Notes under the pieces: generated by a model
The model's input: only the letters and a program-made list of their open reading frames with translations
Told to the model about the DNA's origin: nothing
Databases searched by the model: none
NCBI RefSeq assembly: GCF_009914755.1
Contig: NC_060938.1
DNA: 64,000 nt
Source: the human T2T-CHM13v2.0 reference genome, Homo sapiens
Strand: one strand, 5' to 3'
Position numbers and translations under genes: made by a program
In this document: positions 11,600 through 25,144 of the stretch, piece by piece
How the letters are laid out: every line of letters begins with the position of its first letter
Numbering within the stretch: the stretch's first letter is position 1

Positions 11600-13790
11600 G
11601 TGGAACTCTGGGTTTGGGCTGGTCATGAGCAGCTCAAGGACAACTTCCTTGATGAGGGCAAATGGGACCCAGGTAGTTCATGGTAAAGGGTGGCATCATC
11701 AATACTCAAATTATCACTGAATGGGGTAGAGAATAAAGTGGAGGGCAAGATGCTGGGGGATCAAGTGGTTCTAATGCTTTGTTCCTAGAGCAATTGCAGT
11801 ATTTTCAAAAATTATGACATCACCTGATTATTTGCATGACTCTTGAGAACATACATGGGGGAAAAGACAAATTAAAAGCTATTAACATGCACAGGGAGAA
11901 CTGGAAGTCCTCCCAGGAAACTTTAAAGGAGTCCCTCCTCTCCTATAGCTGCAGGGACCACAGGGATATGGACCAAGCCCAAGTTGCAGCATTAATTAAA
12001 TGCTGGACCCCATTAGGACTCTTCAGGACATGAGTAGGGAAGGAGTAACACCAAATAACATATGACTTAACCTACCCATGTAGAACTGGGTACCTTTCCC
12101 AATAAATTATAAAATTGAACTTGCTCAGAAATATTTATTATAAAATGGAAGTGGTATGTATATAGGGAAAACAGCCCATTCATGTCAAGAAAGCACCAGT
12201 AACCTGCACAAACAGGCAGTTTTGACTCCTGTGGTAACTCCAGGTAACAGCTTTGCTGCCTTTCCCTCAACCACACATTGACTTCATGGGGAATTCCCTG
12301 TGACCAGTGAATAAATGAGAAAAAAGCATGAACCTAATTCTGCACAGCATGCCAGCACCAGCCAGAAGTGGACAGCGCCATCTATAGCCCTACTCACAGG
12401 AGACCCTCAAAGACTGTGGTGGATGGAAATTTTCCCAGTGGACAGAACTTCAGGCAGTACATTGAACTGTCCACTTGGGCCTGAATCATGGATCTACACC
12501 AACTCATGCAGTGGATGATGAGTGACTGGCTCATTGAGGACTTGAAGCTAATTGGTGGCAAGAAAAATTAGGAATTTAGGAATTCCATGTATGGAATGGG
12601 CCCCATAGTGTGAAGATATAGTGCCCCATACAAATGCCTATCAGAGAGCAACCATGGTGGTAGATGTTCTCAATATGACTCATGCTGTCGTTAATATTAG
12701 TTGGCCCCTCTCCCTAGCCACCCTGATGCTGGCTCAGTGGATCCATGAACAAAATGGCATGCCAACAGGGATGGAGGCTGTACTTGGACTCAACAGCCTG
12801 GCTGTCCTCTCACCAAGGCCCATTTGGCTACTGCCACTGATGAGTGTATGACCTGCTCAAAGCAGAAGCAACGGATGAGCCATTGACATGGTAATATCTC
12901 CCAGGAAGGCCAGCAGGTTATACAGTGTCAGATTGATTTCCTTGGACAATTGCCATTATAGAAAATGTAGCAGTCAGTCTCTTCACAGAGGATAGACTCA
13001 TATTCTGGGTATGAATTTGCCTTTCTTGCCCATAGTGTTTCTGCTAGCATGTCCATTTATGGACTTTGAATGTTTTATCCATTGCAGTGATATCTTTCAC
13101 AACATTGTCTTACCAGGGTCACTGGTCTTACCACTTTTCCTATTACCCAAAAGTGGAATGACCTGATTCAGGCTCAATTACAGCATCACGTAGAAGATAA
13201 TACCTTGTGATATTAAGATGCTATCATACTGAATGCAGTATATGCTGTAATTGGGGGCCAATATCTAGTGCAATCTATCCATAGATGGGATCATAGTTCT
13301 GGAGACTAAGGGGTAGAGATGGGTGATGCCTCTCATTATTATGCCTAATAACCTACATGAAGAATCTTACTTTCTGTTTCTATAGCTTTGGTCTCAGCAG
13401 GTTTGGAAGTCCCAGTGACAATGGAGAAATGCTTGCACCAAGGAAGAGTTCTGGTTCTGATGAATTAGAAGTAGATACTGCCTCCTAGTCATTTTGGGTT
13501 CATTGAACTGGTGAGACGAATGTCCTAATTACCTGGGGGAAATAGGGTTGCTGTTGCATAATGAGAATATGAAGGACTGGGTTTGCAATGTAGGAATTCA
13601 TCTGATGTACCTTTTCATACTCCCTTGCCCAAAAGTACTGGTCAACGGAAAACTGAGCAACATGCCAATAATTCAAATCTTGTGGGAATGAAAGTTTGGG
13701 TTATCCTACCAAGGAAAGAACCTCATGTAACTGAGATGCTAGCTAAGAGTAACAGGATATGGAATGGCTGGAAAATATGGCAGCACAACA
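11600..13790 (+). mobile_element. Decayed ERV-L (class III endogenous retrovirus) internal region with RNase H, integrase and dUTPase remnants; probable LTR fragment at ~11290-11590
   Basis: ORF 12315: SAQHASTSQKWTA and IYTNS (RNase H-like). ORF 12621: HTNAYQR...PLSLATLMLAQWIHEQNG (integrase Zn-finger region). ~12930-13030: QIDFLGQLP...GIDSYSGYEFAFLA (integrase core). ~13390-13505: SAGLEVPV...LPPSHFGF (dUTPase). Many stops and frameshifts. Confidence 0.8.
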
Positions 13791-13848
13791 GAGTAGAAGT
13801 TGCATGTAGACATTCCATCTCTTACTAGCTCTGTAAGACTCAATATTT

Positions 13849-13960
13849 TAGGGTGACAAACTGTCCCAATTTTCCAGGACTGAGAGATTTCCTGGGACAC
13901 AGGACTTTCAGTGCTAAAACCAGGAAAGTCCTGGGCAAACCAGACAAGTTATCCTACTTA
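13849..13960 (+). mobile_element. MER81-like hAT-Blackjack MITE
   Basis: TAGGGTGACAAACTGTCCC...GGACTTTCAGTGCTAAAACCAGGAAAGTCCTGGGCAAACC; ~110 bp with imperfect inverted termini. Confidence 0.7.
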
Positions 13961-15177
13961 TGATTTGTGCTTTCTTCTTCACCACCCTGACAGTAAATAA
14001 TAACTATCTTACCTACCTAGCAGGTGCATGTGAAGATAATGGTCAATCTAGATATTAAGCCCAGCTCTGCCACTTACTTGTGGAATGGCCTTGGACAGAT
14101 GACATAACTTCTCACAAAGCTTCACTCCCTTCTTCAGGCCCACCATTATCTGACTTACTTATTAGCATTAATGAACTCCTTTGGCCTGCCCCCTCTTCTA
14201 TGTCACCCTTTCTTTGACACCAAACATGTCTGTCTCTCTTCTCCACTGTGTCTAAAGGCTCACATGACTTGGAGGTCCTGGTGTCCCTTGACCATCTCTC
14301 CAAATGGTAATACTCAAGTTTAACATTTCTAGGGTGTATGGAAGGTGCTAAACCCTATGGCAATTGACTTGAGAATGGTTTCTTTAATCGTTGCAACACT
14401 GTATTTTGGGTTTAGGGACACTGAAGCTCAGGGAGGCAGTCAATTGCTTAAAATTCCACAACGGGTAAAAATAGTAGAGCTGGGCTTCAAACCCCACAGA
14501 ACGCTGGAGGCAAGCATCAACATGCAAAGGCAAAAATGCAATACCTCAAGCCTTGGTCCATAGCAGGTGTCATGTGTACAAATGGCTTCAGGACTGGACT
14601 GGTCACATGAATAAGAGATGTGGATTGGGTAGGAACTCTGGTAAACTGAGAGAGTAAACGCTGTGTACATAGATAGGGTGGCCACTTAGTAGTGCCACTG
14701 GATTTGTTGCCTCACAGGAATGCCTACCCAGTGTGGCCAGAGAAGCCAAAATCCAGATTTTTACACAACATGTTTCTGTTTCAAAACACTGAGAACTATT
14801 CCAGGTTTGAAAAAGCACTGTAAGAATCAAACACATCAAGTCTGCTGGCCACCAGGTTTTAATGTCTGCCCCACAGTCCCACAGTCATGGAAGGAGAAAT
14901 TGATTGAGTGAGGACTCAGCCAGAGGTGATGATCATAGCGAAAAAAAAAAAAAAAGAATAGTTATCATGCACTGTAGAAGCAATCCCATTGATGTAATTT
15001 GCAGTTTGTAAACATGACAGAATGACTACCACTCCCGTTGTGTTTTTGCTGAGGTAGAAGCTAGAAAGAACTTGAGAAACAGCAGAAAGGACTAAGATTA
15101 GAAATCGGAATCTAAAGATTTGAGGTACCAGAATAGTTTACCTTGGGCTGCACCTCCTTTCCAGATTTTTAAGAAAG

Positions 15178-15336
15178 AATGATGCAATCCCATTTCTGGG
15201 AATATATTCAAAGGAAATGAAATCAGCATCTTGAAGAGGTATCTATATATGCATGTTCAATGCAGCATTCTTCACATTAGCCAAGATGTGGAAATAATCC
15301 AAGTGTCTGTTGATGGATGAATGAGTAGAGAAGTTG

Positions 15337-15386
<50 letters not shown>

Positions 15387-15935
15387 ATGCACACACACAA
15401 TATGCATATAATGGAGTATTATTTGGCCTTAAAAAAGAAAGAAATCCTGCCACTTGTGACAACATGGATGAAACTGGAAGACATTATGCTACGTGAAATA
15501 AGCCAGGCACAGAAAACACAACTACAGCATGATTTCACTCATATGTGGAATCTACAAAAGTTGGAACTCATAGACACAGAGTGTAGAAGGGTGGTTACCA
15601 GGGGATAGGTTGGGGAGAGAGGAAGCTGTTGCTCAAGGAGTACATACCTGAGGTTATAAGAGGAACAAGTTCTGGAGACCTAATGTCCAGCATGGTGACT
15701 ATAGTTAATGATAATGTGTTGAGTACTTGAAATTTGCTAAGAGAGTAGATCCTAAGTATTCTCATCACAAAAAAGGGCAACTATATGAGGTGACAGATAT
15801 ACTAATCAGCTTGATTGTGGTGATTGTTTCACAATGTAAACAAATATCAAAACATTATTTTGTAGACCTCAAATATATATAATTTTTATTTGTTGGTTAC
15901 ACTTCAGTAAAAGTGTAAGAAAAAAGAAAAGAAAG
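15178..15935 (+). mobile_element. L1M (L1MA/L1MB-type) 3' fragment containing a (TG)n microsatellite at ~15339-15378
   Basis: GCAATCCCATTTCTGGGAATATATTCAAAGGAAATGAAATC...ACATGGATGAAACTGGAAGACATTATGCTA...GGTGACTATAGTTAATG; A-rich tail. Confidence 0.85.
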
Positions 15936-16756
15936 AATAATGAATTGCCTTCAAGTTTACTAGTAAAGGCTGATCTTAGTTTTCGTAAAGTCAGTTTGAC
16001 TTCCCTTCTCCTTTGTTCCTTCCTGAAAATGCCACAAATGCCATATGTCACACCTACCAGGGCCATGTTCCAGGAGTCTTTTTTGGATTCCCTTTCCCAA
16101 GAAGATGTCTTTTGAATCACCCCCTTCCTGGGGCCAGATGACTCTCCATTAGAAAATTGTAATCAGGCTCCTTAATCCAAATAGCTTTATCACAGTTAAA
16201 TTTCTCTTTTGGAAATTTCCATCAGTCTGCCCTTGGCTTTTACTGGCACATCATCCATTCAGGTGCCCCCAGGGGAAGGGCCTCGCTTAGTAAGAATGGA
16301 GACAAAGGAGAGGAGAAGGGAACTGTGGGAGGGTGAGAGAACCAGTGCTGACTGGCTTCTCTCGCCTTCCCTCGCCTTCCCTCACCTTCCCCACCTGGAC
16401 CCTGGCTGCCTCTCTAGGGAACTCTGTCTCGCTGGCTAGATCCAGCTTCCTCTAAGTCTCATTCTTTGTTCTGGTGTTTGTCACAAGGGTTCATAATATT
16501 CTGGGAAGAGCTTGAATTTGGCATCAGAAGACCTGTGTTTGTGTCTGCCTCTTACTATCTGCTTTCTCCTGGGAAATCATCTAACCTCTCAGAACTTCGT
16601 TGATAAAATAAGAATATCTACCACTTGTGGTTCTTATCAGACTCAAACACATGTATATGAAAAGCTTTTTGTGAACCATGAAAACCCACATAGACATAGG
16701 TCAGATTGCTCTTGGCCATCGATAGTAAAAATATCTATCTTTAATCACAAAGGGAG

Positions 16757-17192
16757 TGTGGCAGAGGCAAACATTCAAACACATTTCATCCTTTTGTAGT
16801 ATAGAATGGTCAATGGGAAGTGGCTGCCCCACAAGGATGATATCTCCCAGTCTACTTTGCTTGTGAGTGGGTTGAAGTGACCAGCTTTTACTAATACAAG
16901 AATATCAGCGAAAGTAATGAGTACTACTTCAAAATCAAGGTAGTCAGAAGTGTGTGTGTGCTTTTTCTAATTTTTGTGCCATCTACTGATAGATGAAAAA
17001 CACTCCAGGGCCCCAGAGTCCGACAGAGTTACAAAATAGAAGGAAACAGAGTCCCTGAATCATCACATGGAAGAAAGCCACCTGCTGACCAAGAACATCT
17101 TTATTGGATTATTATGGGAGTGAGAAATAAACTTTTATTTTGATAAGGTATTGAAATATTGGGGTTTATTACAGCAGCTAACATGACCCTAG
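16757..17192 (+). mobile_element. MLT1-family (MaLR) solo LTR
   Basis: TGTGGCAGAG start; CCCTGAATCATCACATGGAAG; GAGTGAGAAATAAACTTTTATT; TTACAGCAGCTAAC end. Confidence 0.65.
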
Positions 17193-18966
17193 TGAAAAAT
17201 GAGCCAAAGGGATGGGCATGTTGTGGCTCAATCAGTAAGAAGTGCTGAAAATGAACACGTGCACAATGGCTAACAATGTCTTCTTCATATTGAATAATAC
17301 ACAGGCCATAGGGCCAAGGAGTTGCAAAGGGGCATCTGCAATGGTGTGTCAATTAAGGTAGCCAGGCAGTTTGAGTGTGTGCATGCACGTGTGCGTGCAT
17401 GTGTGCACACATGCACACACACTACTTTTGTATATATTCTAGGATCACAATATTAAAGCTAGAAGTAATTGACTTCAGAGGTCATTTATGAAAACCTCAC
17501 TTTATAGTTCAGGAAATTGTGATCCAGGGAGACAATGCATCCAAAGAGAAGATGGATTGTTAGTGGGGGCATCTAAACTAGTACCCAGGGCTTCAGATTC
17601 CTGGGATGAATTCCTCAATTCTCCTCCTATGGTTCATTCCAGCTTCTGTTTTGACAAAGCCTAACACCTGGATAACCCAGAAAGGACTCAGAAAATGGGA
17701 GCGATGATGGACACAAATGGATTTTGTGATTTTGTGATTTTGCATCTACCATTTAATCTGCTAAAAGGTTTTTTTTTTTCATTTTTAATTTAGTGGCTGG
17801 CAAAAAACTGAATGAGGCTTTTAGTCCAACCATTTTTCCCTGCCTGCTTTTTGTGCTAATCTGTTTCACTCACAAATTCCATTGACATCTTGTTCTTAGC
17901 CTCCATGGTAGGAATTGTGTTCCTGATGCTGCTTTATCAGCCCCAATTTTGGCCATAAGTTTAAGCCCAGGACCCTACTGCAGACACCTTCTAAACCTCA
18001 GCAGAGGGCACAGTGGGGCCACAGGTAGGATCCACTTACCCTTAGCCTTCCTCTTGACCTCTATCCTAGCCATGCTTACTGCTGCCATTCCATGACTGTG
18101 CCATGTCATGCTTTACCCTTGTGCCTTTGAATGTGCTGTTCACTTTTTGTCCATCCTTCAATATGAAGCCCCTCACCAAAGTAAATCATGATTTCATCTT
18201 CCTTCAAGATCCTACTTACCTGTTGCATTCTCTGTGAAGTCTTTCCCAATTCTTCCAGGCTGAGTTAATGTTTCCTTCCATTGTGTTCCCATGGCATTCT
18301 GTTTAGGTCACTCTTAGAGTGTTCAGGGCATAGGACTGCCATTAGCATTTGCACTTTGGTGTCCACATGCATCATAAACCTCTTCCCATCACTTGGCTTT
18401 TAGAAGGGGCAATAGTACCTACAATGTGATCATCACCCTCCTCTCCACACCTGGGTTGTTTGTACCAGAAGTGAACATTTGACACAAAGCACCCAGTCCA
18501 TAGGCACTGTGACTGCCTTCTACAAAGGATTCTGCCTTCTCAGAATGGCCCTCTGGAGATGGAGAGTTGACCATATTCTCTTGATAGAGAATTTGCACTC
18601 AGAGGAAAAGAGGGAAGTTCCAGTTCATTGTGGTGATCAAAGCTGTGAGGTCATGATATAGTGTCAGGGCTGGTGACTGTGCTGGGCTATGTGCAAGAAA
18701 ATAAATCAGAGGAAGCACCTTGGGAGATAAAGGAAGAGGATGGGCCCAATGGGCAGAGGGAAGCAAGGGTGAGAGAGGCCAGGTGGCTTGGGGGAGGTAG
18801 GGAATGTGGGCTCAGTTCCTGATGGCTTTCAGGCTCCTACGGCCTGGCTGTGCCTCCTGCCTTGGGTTCCACAAGATCCTGCCACCAGGCCTTCGCAGTA
18901 TTGCCCCTGTTCTTTGAACAAGTTTAGTGGGCTTCTTGATCACTTGCCCCATGTAGACTGTGAGTT

Positions 18967-19277
<311 letters not shown>

Positions 19278-19719
19278 TGAGTTTCTTGAGGTCAGGAACT
19301 ATGTCTTGCTCTTCTTTGTATCACCAGAGTGTCATTCAATATATTCAACATGCTCCTAAATTTTTTGTTGAATGAATGATGAGTAAATGAATGAGTGAAG
19401 ACATGTCTGTTGGTAATAGGTGCAGGGCACTGTTTTCCTAGCTGGAGTCTGTCACGGCCAATGCCTTTCTGATACAGAAACCTCCTTCCTCCATAATTAC
19501 CACAGCTTTTACTACTACTTACATCTTCCAACTTCGCAAAGTCCAGGTTTTGACAAGTGGCATTTTCCTGAAGTATTTTTGCTTAGAATATACTGGGTCT
19601 GACACATTGGCACCTGAGTGTGAGAGGAGGTGACACCTTCACCTGAGTCACGTCTCCTCACAAGAAGCCCACACTGGCCCCCTGGACCTTTCACTGAAGA
19701 AACACAGGTAGAAGCAAGC

Positions 19720-21450
19720 TGTATGTAGAGAGATATAGTATAGCTTTTATTTTTTTTTTGAACCAACCCAACATTTCCACTGGCAACTGTCAACATAGCT
19801 TATGACATGAGCACTGTTTCTTTTTTAATTATTTTTTTCTTAAAAAATGTGTTTAAAATTAACAGGTGTTTTTTAATTTCTTCCCCCCCCCCTTAGAAAA
19901 TGTATTTATGTCAATGCAGAAAGCCTAAAGATCCGTGGGCAGTTTCGTGATGACATCTTATGTCTGTTTATTTGTGTGTTTGTGTGCGTGTTTTAAAGCC
20001 AGGTCCTTCCCACATTCGTTGAGAAAAGGTCTGTAGGGCACGGAGATCTCTTTCTCCAAAAACCCAGGCTCCAAGGGATTATGACAACTAAGATTCCTCT
20101 TACTGGAGCAAGAACTACCCCATAGGCTGGAAAAATAGCTTCATGAAGTTTAAGAACAAGCAGGAACATGGGAGAAATGAGGAATTCCAGTTTCTATCTT
20201 GTAAAAATGCTTTCATATGTGACCTGAGGGACCAGGAGAGGTGAAGGGAGCCCCTGGTTCTCTTATAAAATCTCTAAGTTTTTACACCACTTCAAGAAAT
20301 ATAGTCAGCCCTCTTTGTATAGAGCATTAGGAAGCAAGAGCGTGGTGAAGCTGACATTTCTCAGGCACATTGACATTTAAAATACAAACTTTTCTCTTAA
20401 AGATCTCACTGGTTGGACATCTCTTCTCTCCTGCCTCAGGTACAAAGCCAAAGATAATCAAGAAGGCCTGTATCCCTTTTGTTCTTCCAGTAGCCCTTTG
20501 TCATCACACACCATTCCTATTTTTGTCCCATCTCTTCTATTTGGCGGGTCTTCCTGCAGAAGGATACACAAGTGGACACTGACACAACAAGACACACAGA
20601 ATTGGAAAGGCTTGGGCAAAGAGGGACAATTGCTTTTTGTATCTGACTTGATTCAACATAAGCATAAAAAGCTCCTCCTGCTCCAGTTGAAGCTCCTGTA
20701 AGATCTTTAGTACCCTGCGTGGGTGAGTGAGCTTATTTCTACCCCAACACCATCACTCCTCCCAAGAACTCAGAGAAAACAGTGAGATGGGGAACTGGAT
20801 CTTGATGGAGCCAAGAGGTGGCAGGAGAGCATGTGTCTAAAAATTCATGTTTCTCTCTGTTGGCTCGGACCTGGAATTCCTTTGTGGCACCTTTTTCACT
20901 CACTTCAGAAAAAAAAGACAAAACAAAATAATAAGCAAAACCTAACGGCAAAACGAAAGCAACCACAATAATGATTACAATGAAAAAAGAACCCCACCCC
21001 AGCCACATGAATGTGACTCATTTTCACGTCTTGTCAGCTGAGTGAGATAATAGGGACATATGGAATTGGGCAGAGAGGAGAAACCCTGCTTCCAAAGAAA
21101 TGAGAGGCAAAGGAATAATCAAAAGATGGAATAGAAGGAGGCGAAAGGCTCTGACCTTTGCTTTGGGTCAGGGATATGAGGGGGAGATGGGGTGGAGGTG
21201 GATTTGTTGCTGTTGCTTGTTTGTATTCAATTAAATACTGTGTAAAGTCGGTGATTCCTCCATTGTTTGATTGATTAAGACTTTGCCCTTTCAGTTAATT
21301 GCCAGGGCCTAAGTTGGGTGAAGTTCCTGGGGCTTAGGTCCTGATGCTGCCTCTCCAGGGCAGTGCAGTCGGGAGAGATCACTGGTGGGGAAGTGCCCTT
21401 CTCTTAGGAGAAGTCCTAGGCCTGCCCTGCTGGAGGCTCTGTTGTGTGGC
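19720..21450 (-). other. SLC8A3: SLC8A3 3'UTR (distal end approximate)
   Basis: Unique sequence following the stop codon, down to AATAAA on the - strand at 19751-19746. Confidence 0.75.
19746..19751 (-). terminator. Polyadenylation signal AATAAA (SLC8A3); a second candidate lies at 19967-19972
   Basis: TTTATT on the + strand. Downstream on the - strand: GCTTGCTTCTACCTGTGTTTCTT (U/GU-rich). Confidence 0.7.
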
Positions 21451-21827
21451 TTAGAACCCCTTGATGTAGCAATAGGCCTCTAGTGTGGCAAAGAGTATGT
21501 AGAGGAGCCACAGGCTCACAAAGAGCCATGTTGTGGCGAGCTTGCAGCCACGGGGGCCACCAAGCTCCCCTCCCAGGTGCGGCCGCCTTCGGTACAAGAG
21601 CACGCTGATGCAGACAAATGCAAAGATGGTGAAGAGGGTGACGGAGAAGGCCAGTGTGCCGGCCGACACGTGGAACTCCTGTCCCTGCAGAGCCCAGTAG
21701 ATGGCGGCCACGGACCAGGCCAGGCCGATGCCCAGGAAGACATTGACGGCGTTGCTGCCCGTCACGTTGCCAATGGAGGCGTCTGCATATACATCCTGGA
21801 GGGCAGCAGCTTTGCTGGCAAACGTAT
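21451..21827 (-). CDS. SLC8A3: SLC8A3 last coding exon ((D)TFASKAAALQDVYADASIGNVTGSNAVNVFLGIG...LEAYCYIKGF-stop)
   Basis: Core of ORF 21451..21945; acceptor TTTTCCAG|AT; GNVTGSN alpha-2 motif; NCX C-terminus YCxIKGF; TAA at 21453-21451. Confidence 0.97.
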
Positions 21828-24270
21828 CTGGAAAAGGACAAAGACACATGGGAACTGGTAGGAGGCTAAGGTGTGCAGGGCTTGTCTTCCAGTATGCCCA
21901 AAAAGCAGCTTGAGCTGGTGGGCTGAACCCAGGAATGAGAGACAAGGGCTAGGGGGCCACTCCTAACTCCTAGTTCTGCCACAAGCAAGCCGTGTGGCCC
22001 TGGGTAGGTCACATCCCTAGTCTGGGCTTCCCATTCCTCATCTGCAGTGATCTGAAAGATTCTGAAGGGCTTTCCAGTTCTGATATTTACTGAGTGGGCT
22101 TATTGTTCTCCTTTGACTACTTTTTCAGTAAGGGAAGTTTGCCATCCCATAATATCTCCCCAGGGAACCTTGACACCCTGGGAAGCTGCTTGGAGTAGAT
22201 GCCTGATTTTAACTGTCATATGGGGCATTTATTCACGAACCACCAACAGTTATTGAGCAATGCCTACTGATTGAGCACTGGGTGAGGTGCTGGATTTTGG
22301 GGACAGAGGACATGTTGGGGAACCATGATGGGGACATGCAGGGTGAACTGTGGACTCAAGGAAGACGGGGCTCTGTCTTTGTGGTTTATATATGTATCAC
22401 AGGGCCTTGCAGGGTGTTTGACTTTAGATCTTGGCACAGATTGTAGATACAGGGAGGACTGTCAGAGACATCTAGCCCAATTCTTTTATTTTACAGGTAA
22501 GAAAAATAAGGGTCAAAGAATTTACCCAAGGTCACATAGGATGTTAGCAAGAGACTTGACCCTAAAGTCCTCATGTAAGGACCCTTTCCGTACCTTCAAC
22601 TATATCCAAAGAGCTTCAGCCAAAGCCACTAAATCAGATGAGTGGATCACAGGGTAACCTTCTTAAAGCCTCAAATGTTGTTAGCTGTTGTCTTGGCCAA
22701 TTGCAAGGACTTGGAGATGCCCAAAGGTATCTGCCTGGCTTACCTCATTATTGCCATTTTTTTTAGATCTCCCAGAGAAAACCTCTTACCCTTTCTTGCC
22801 TATGGCCTTGTTTTTTTGTTTGTTTGTTTGTTTTTGTTTCTGTTGTTATTGTTGTTTTTTGCTTCTGATCCTCTGATATTTCTTCCCACCTCTATGCTTT
22901 CCCCCATATTTCCTCCCTCCCCTCTGATAGTTCAGGTCCCCCAAGGCTTGGAGAACAGAGATCACAGGGCATCTCATCCACAGGCCTTCCTGGGATCATC
23001 CATCTGATTTCCAACCTTCTGATGCATTTCCACGATAGCTAAATCTCTTGCATCACTAATGGACAAATAATACCGCTGGCCTGCGCTGGGGTTTTGGAAA
23101 GAGGTTTTCCTAGAATTTGATGTGAATTCAGCTACTCTCTTGAAGGATATGTTTGCTTGGTACAGGAAAGATTTCCCTTGGCCCAGCCAGAAAAGTCCTG
23201 TCTGATGAGATTCAGCCTAACTTCCCTGCAGGAGGATGTGCTCTGTTTCTTTCTGGGGCAACTGGGATGCCAGCTCCCTGGCAGAAGTTCAGAGTTCAGA
23301 GGCCCCAAAGCCCCTAACTGAATTAAGTAAAGAACCTGGGCTAGTGCAGCCCCTGTCTACCTGCTAACTCCTACATTCAGGCCCAACTTCCTTCCGTATG
23401 CAGTACCTTTTCTTTTTCTTCCTAGGATTTAACAAGATAACTTTAATTACAGTAGTTGAGAGTTGCCTCCTTCAGTAGATTATAAACTCCACGTGGAGAA
23501 GGAAGCATGTGTATCTTGCCTTTCACTATAGTCCCAAAAACTAGCACAATACTGTAACAGGCATAATAGGTGCTCAGTAAATATTTGTTCAATGAGTAAA
23601 GGAATGTCCGCTCCTTTCTGTTTGTCTCTGAGTGTTCCTAAGAAAAAGAAAGAGTATGTAATTCATCCTATAAAAAGATAAAAGCTGTGGAACTTCCTTT
23701 GGCTGTCCTGCTAGGAGATACTTTGTACTCACAGTATCCTTCCAAGTAGAGGAGGCCAAGAATGTATGTGGGCATTTCTCCTTTGATATCTTTGAGCTGG
23801 CTAATCTTTAACCTCTCAGAGATCGCCAGAGGTAAATAGAAGGAGAACAATATCTACATTCTTTTAATTTCACTGTTTGTGGTCTACTCACATAATGTGG
23901 AGGTTAAGAAATTGGACCACTTACTTGGGCATGTAGCTTAACCTCTGTGGGCCTCAGTTTCTTTGTCTGTGAAGTGGGGATAATAACTTACCCTATTTAA
24001 TAGGGCTTTGGGAAACATTACAGGGGGAAAATGTAAATGTGTAAATTGCTGAACACACATGGTGTCTGTCACATTGAAAGTGCTCAAGAAATATTAGCTG
24101 TCATTACTAATGTCATTATTCATCTCTTTGATTGACTTTTGTGCACTTTAAGGGCAGAGGCTCTGTTAAGTTCAGATCTGAGATGGTGTGGAAGATAATG
24201 AGATGGAGTCCAGGGGTCATTTGAACCAGGTAAAATCCTCTTTGCAAATTCAAGCACCTCTCACTCTCAC

Positions 24271-24546
24271 CTGGGACAGAGGTGCCAAATGCCACGAAAA
24301 CAACAGCTGTGACTGAATCTTTGAGACCAATGGTGCAGCCGAAGTGCGAGGCCAGGTCCCCAATGATGGCGGTGAGCATGCCAATGATGAGGATGGAGAC
24401 GGCGAAGCAGGCCCAGCCGTGGCAGTACTCTGTGGGGGGCACACAGGCAAACAGCACCTTCCAGAAGACAGTCAGGAAGTGCATGACGTAGTCAAAGCAG
24501 GAGGGCAGCCTCTCCTCCCCGGATTCATCCTCATCCTCATCCCCTG
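24271..24546 (-). CDS. SLC8A3: SLC8A3 penultimate exon (276 nt; AGDEDEDESGEERLPSCFDYVMHFLTVFWKVLFA...GTSVP), transmembrane segments and first half of the alpha-2 repeat
   Basis: Core of ORF 24116..24556; acceptor CTTCAG|CAG, donor CCAG|GTGAGA; GTSVP(D) Ca2+/cation-exchanger alpha-repeat motif. Confidence 0.97.
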
Positions 24547-24856
24547 CTGAAGGCAAGATAAACAGGCAAGAGAACGGGTAACGAAGTCAGATAATCATTC
24601 ATGAGAAAGTCAAGCCCAACCCGCACCACAGGCATCATCCGCTAGAAGGGGACTCCAGCTGTCTTCTGGGCAGCTGGTGGGGGCCAGGGCCAGCGTGCCA
24701 GAAAATAGTGGGGAAACAATTTGGGCTGCCTCATAGGTCAATTTGAATGCAGGGCACCAAGGTAGAGTGGGAGAGAGAGGGCCAGGGAATAAGGAAGAGA
24801 AGAAAGAAGGAGATTAAGAGGGACAAGACAGTGGAGCAGAAAGAAAGGAGGATGCA

Positions 24857-25144
24857 AACCATCATTCTCAGCAAACTAACACAAGAACAGAAAACCAAAC
24901 AATGCATGTTCTCACTCATAAGTGGGAGTTGAACAATGAGAACACATGGACACAGGGAGAGGAACATCACACACTGGAGCCTGTCAGGGGTGAGGGATAG
25001 GGGAGGGATAGCATTAGGAGAAATACCTAATGTAGATGATGGGTTGATGGGTGCAGCAAACCGCCATGGCACGTGTATACCTATGTAACAAAACTCTATG
25101 TTCTGCACATGTACCCCAGAACTTAAAGTATAATTAAAAAAAAA
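24857..25144 (+). mobile_element. 5'-truncated L1PA 3' end with poly-A and TSD AAGAAAGGAG(G/A)ATGCA (24841-24856 / 25145-25160)
   Basis: CATGTTCTCACTCATAAGTGGGAGTTGAACAATGAGAACACATGG...AACTTAAAGTATAAT-A(n). Confidence 0.92.

Noticed and set aside
21375-21453. Stop-codon read-through extension of NCX3
   Set aside because: The stop is TAA-G, a low read-through context, not TGA-CTAG.
21416-21847. 143-aa alternative-frame ORF overlapping the SLC8A3 last exon
   Set aside because: Shadow frame of GC-rich coding sequence. It needs a phase-2 entry that no adjacent exon supplies, and its start lies in the intron.
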